Positions 62,727 through 64,000 of a stretch of 64,000 nt of DNA are shown here, one piece after another. The DNA is from the human T2T-CHM13v2.0 reference genome, Homo sapiens: NCBI RefSeq assembly GCF_009914755.1, contig NC_060930.1, one strand, 5' to 3'. The position numbers and the translations under genes were made by a program. Positions within the stretch are counted from its first letter, which is position 1. The number at the start of each line of letters is the position of its first letter. The notes below the pieces were generated by a model, which saw only the letters and a list, made by a program, of their open reading frames with translations, was not told the origin of the DNA and ran no database searches.

Positions 62727-63180
62727 CAAATATTCCTTGATTTACAATGAGGTTATATCTAGATAAACCGGTTGTATGTTGAAAATATTAAGTCAAAAAT
62801 GCATTTAATGCACTTAACCTTTAAAACATCATAGGTGAGCCTAGCTTACCTTAAATGTGCCCAGAACACTTCCATTAGCCTACAGGTGGGCAAAGTCATC
62901 TAACACAAAATCCCTTTTATAATATCTCTTGTAATTTATTGAATACTGCACTGGAAGTGATAAACAGAATGGTCGTTTCAGTTGTTTACCCTTGTGATTG
63001 CGCAGCTGACTGGGAGCTGTAGCTCACTGCTGCTGCCCGGCATCCTGGGACTGTATCCTGCAGCTAGCCAGAGAAGAGAGCAACATTCAAAGTATGGTTT
63101 CTAGTAAATATGTATTGCTTTCACATCATCATAAAGTTAAACAATTGTATGTCGAACCATAGTAAGTCAGGGACCATCTG
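62727..63180 (+). mobile_element. MER47/Tigger5-family DNA transposon
   Basis: caaatattccttgatttacaatg...gtaagtcagggaccatctg terminal repeats; TA TSD on both sides. Confidence 0.85.
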
Positions 63181-63302
63181 TATTGCAAAATGCATAAAAG
63201 CCATGATAGTTATCTTTCTCTACTTCTCTTTCTCATCTCATTGAGATAACCAATGCTAATAGCCTAAAATGCTCACTTTCAATCCTTTTTTGTTGTTCAT
63301 GA

Positions 63303-63345
63303 ATATATATATATATACAGGCATATATATTTACATATATTATAT
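63303..63345. repeat. (TA)n-rich low-complexity tract
   Basis: atatatatatatatacaggcatatatatttacatatattatat. Confidence 0.8.
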
Positions 63346-64000
63346 CCACTGTTTTCTTTGTTATTAAAGTAGAATCATATGATATACACACACCTTTGCA
63401 ACTTTCTTTTCCCCTGAAAGAGTGACTCCCCATCAGTTGGAAGAGTAAGATTTAACAGTTTTCCAATACAATTGTCTATAAATACAGATACATGTAGACA
63501 AATACAATTTTATTTAAATTAGGTTTTTTTCATGGGCACACCCGTTTCCTTCCCTCTCTTCTCTCAGGCAGTCTGTGCCAAAAAAAAAAAAAAAAGCAAA
63601 ACAAAACCCTCAGGTATATAAATCTTTTCTTTTTTCACATAATCTTCCATACATTTTTTCCCTCTTTCACTCACACACCTGCATGAGTGTATAAAATAGA
63701 GCAATTGATAACTCCAAACACTCTTTTCTGCATATTACCTTTAAAAAAATCAACAGTAAGGCTTCGAATGATGATTGAAAAGACCCAGTTCAAATATACA
63801 GCTTCTCCTCAGATCCTTGGGGCCATACCAAGATGGAACACATTTATGGGGCCAATATAAATCTTTCTCCAAGGTGTCCATTAACCCTCGGATCTCTGAA
63901 GAGTAAACAATCAGCAGACTCAATTCAGACTCTGCTCCAAGGCTTTCCAGATTGTCCCCTAAAGCCTCCAGGTTACCAAGATCTTGTATTTCTCAAACAG

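Overview
This is AT-rich, repeat-dense primate genomic DNA. AluY-type and L1PA3-type elements point to a catarrhine/hominoid, probably human. It looks intergenic or deep-intronic. I recognise no cellular protein-coding gene, RNA gene, CpG island or prokaryote-type system, and nearly all listed ORFs are translations of repeats or chance ORFs. The window contains about 16 Alus; two young L1PA copies (one nested in an older L1PA, one twin-primed with a 5' inversion); several long ancient L1M remnants; a non-coding MER61-type provirus with both LTRs, PBS and PPT; several solo LTRs (MER52A, LTR8A, MER4, MER34/39, THE1C, MLT1); DNA-transposon fossils (MADE1, MER2, MER5A, MER47, MER97); MIR/L2 fragments; and microsatellites. 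The most interesting signals are genome-evolution events. (1) The two neighbouring L1s of different subfamilies share several non-consensus variants, suggesting ectopic gene conversion. (2) There are two apparent insertion-mediated deletions, one by a very young truncated Alu and one by an L1. (3) The L1 inversion junction creates in-frame chimeric ORFs on both strands. (4) MADE1 sits in LTR8A, which sits in MER4. (5) There are speculative minus-strand exon candidates. I cannot support a claim of a new biological system. Family names come from recalled consensus sequences and need RepeatMasker/Dfam confirmation.
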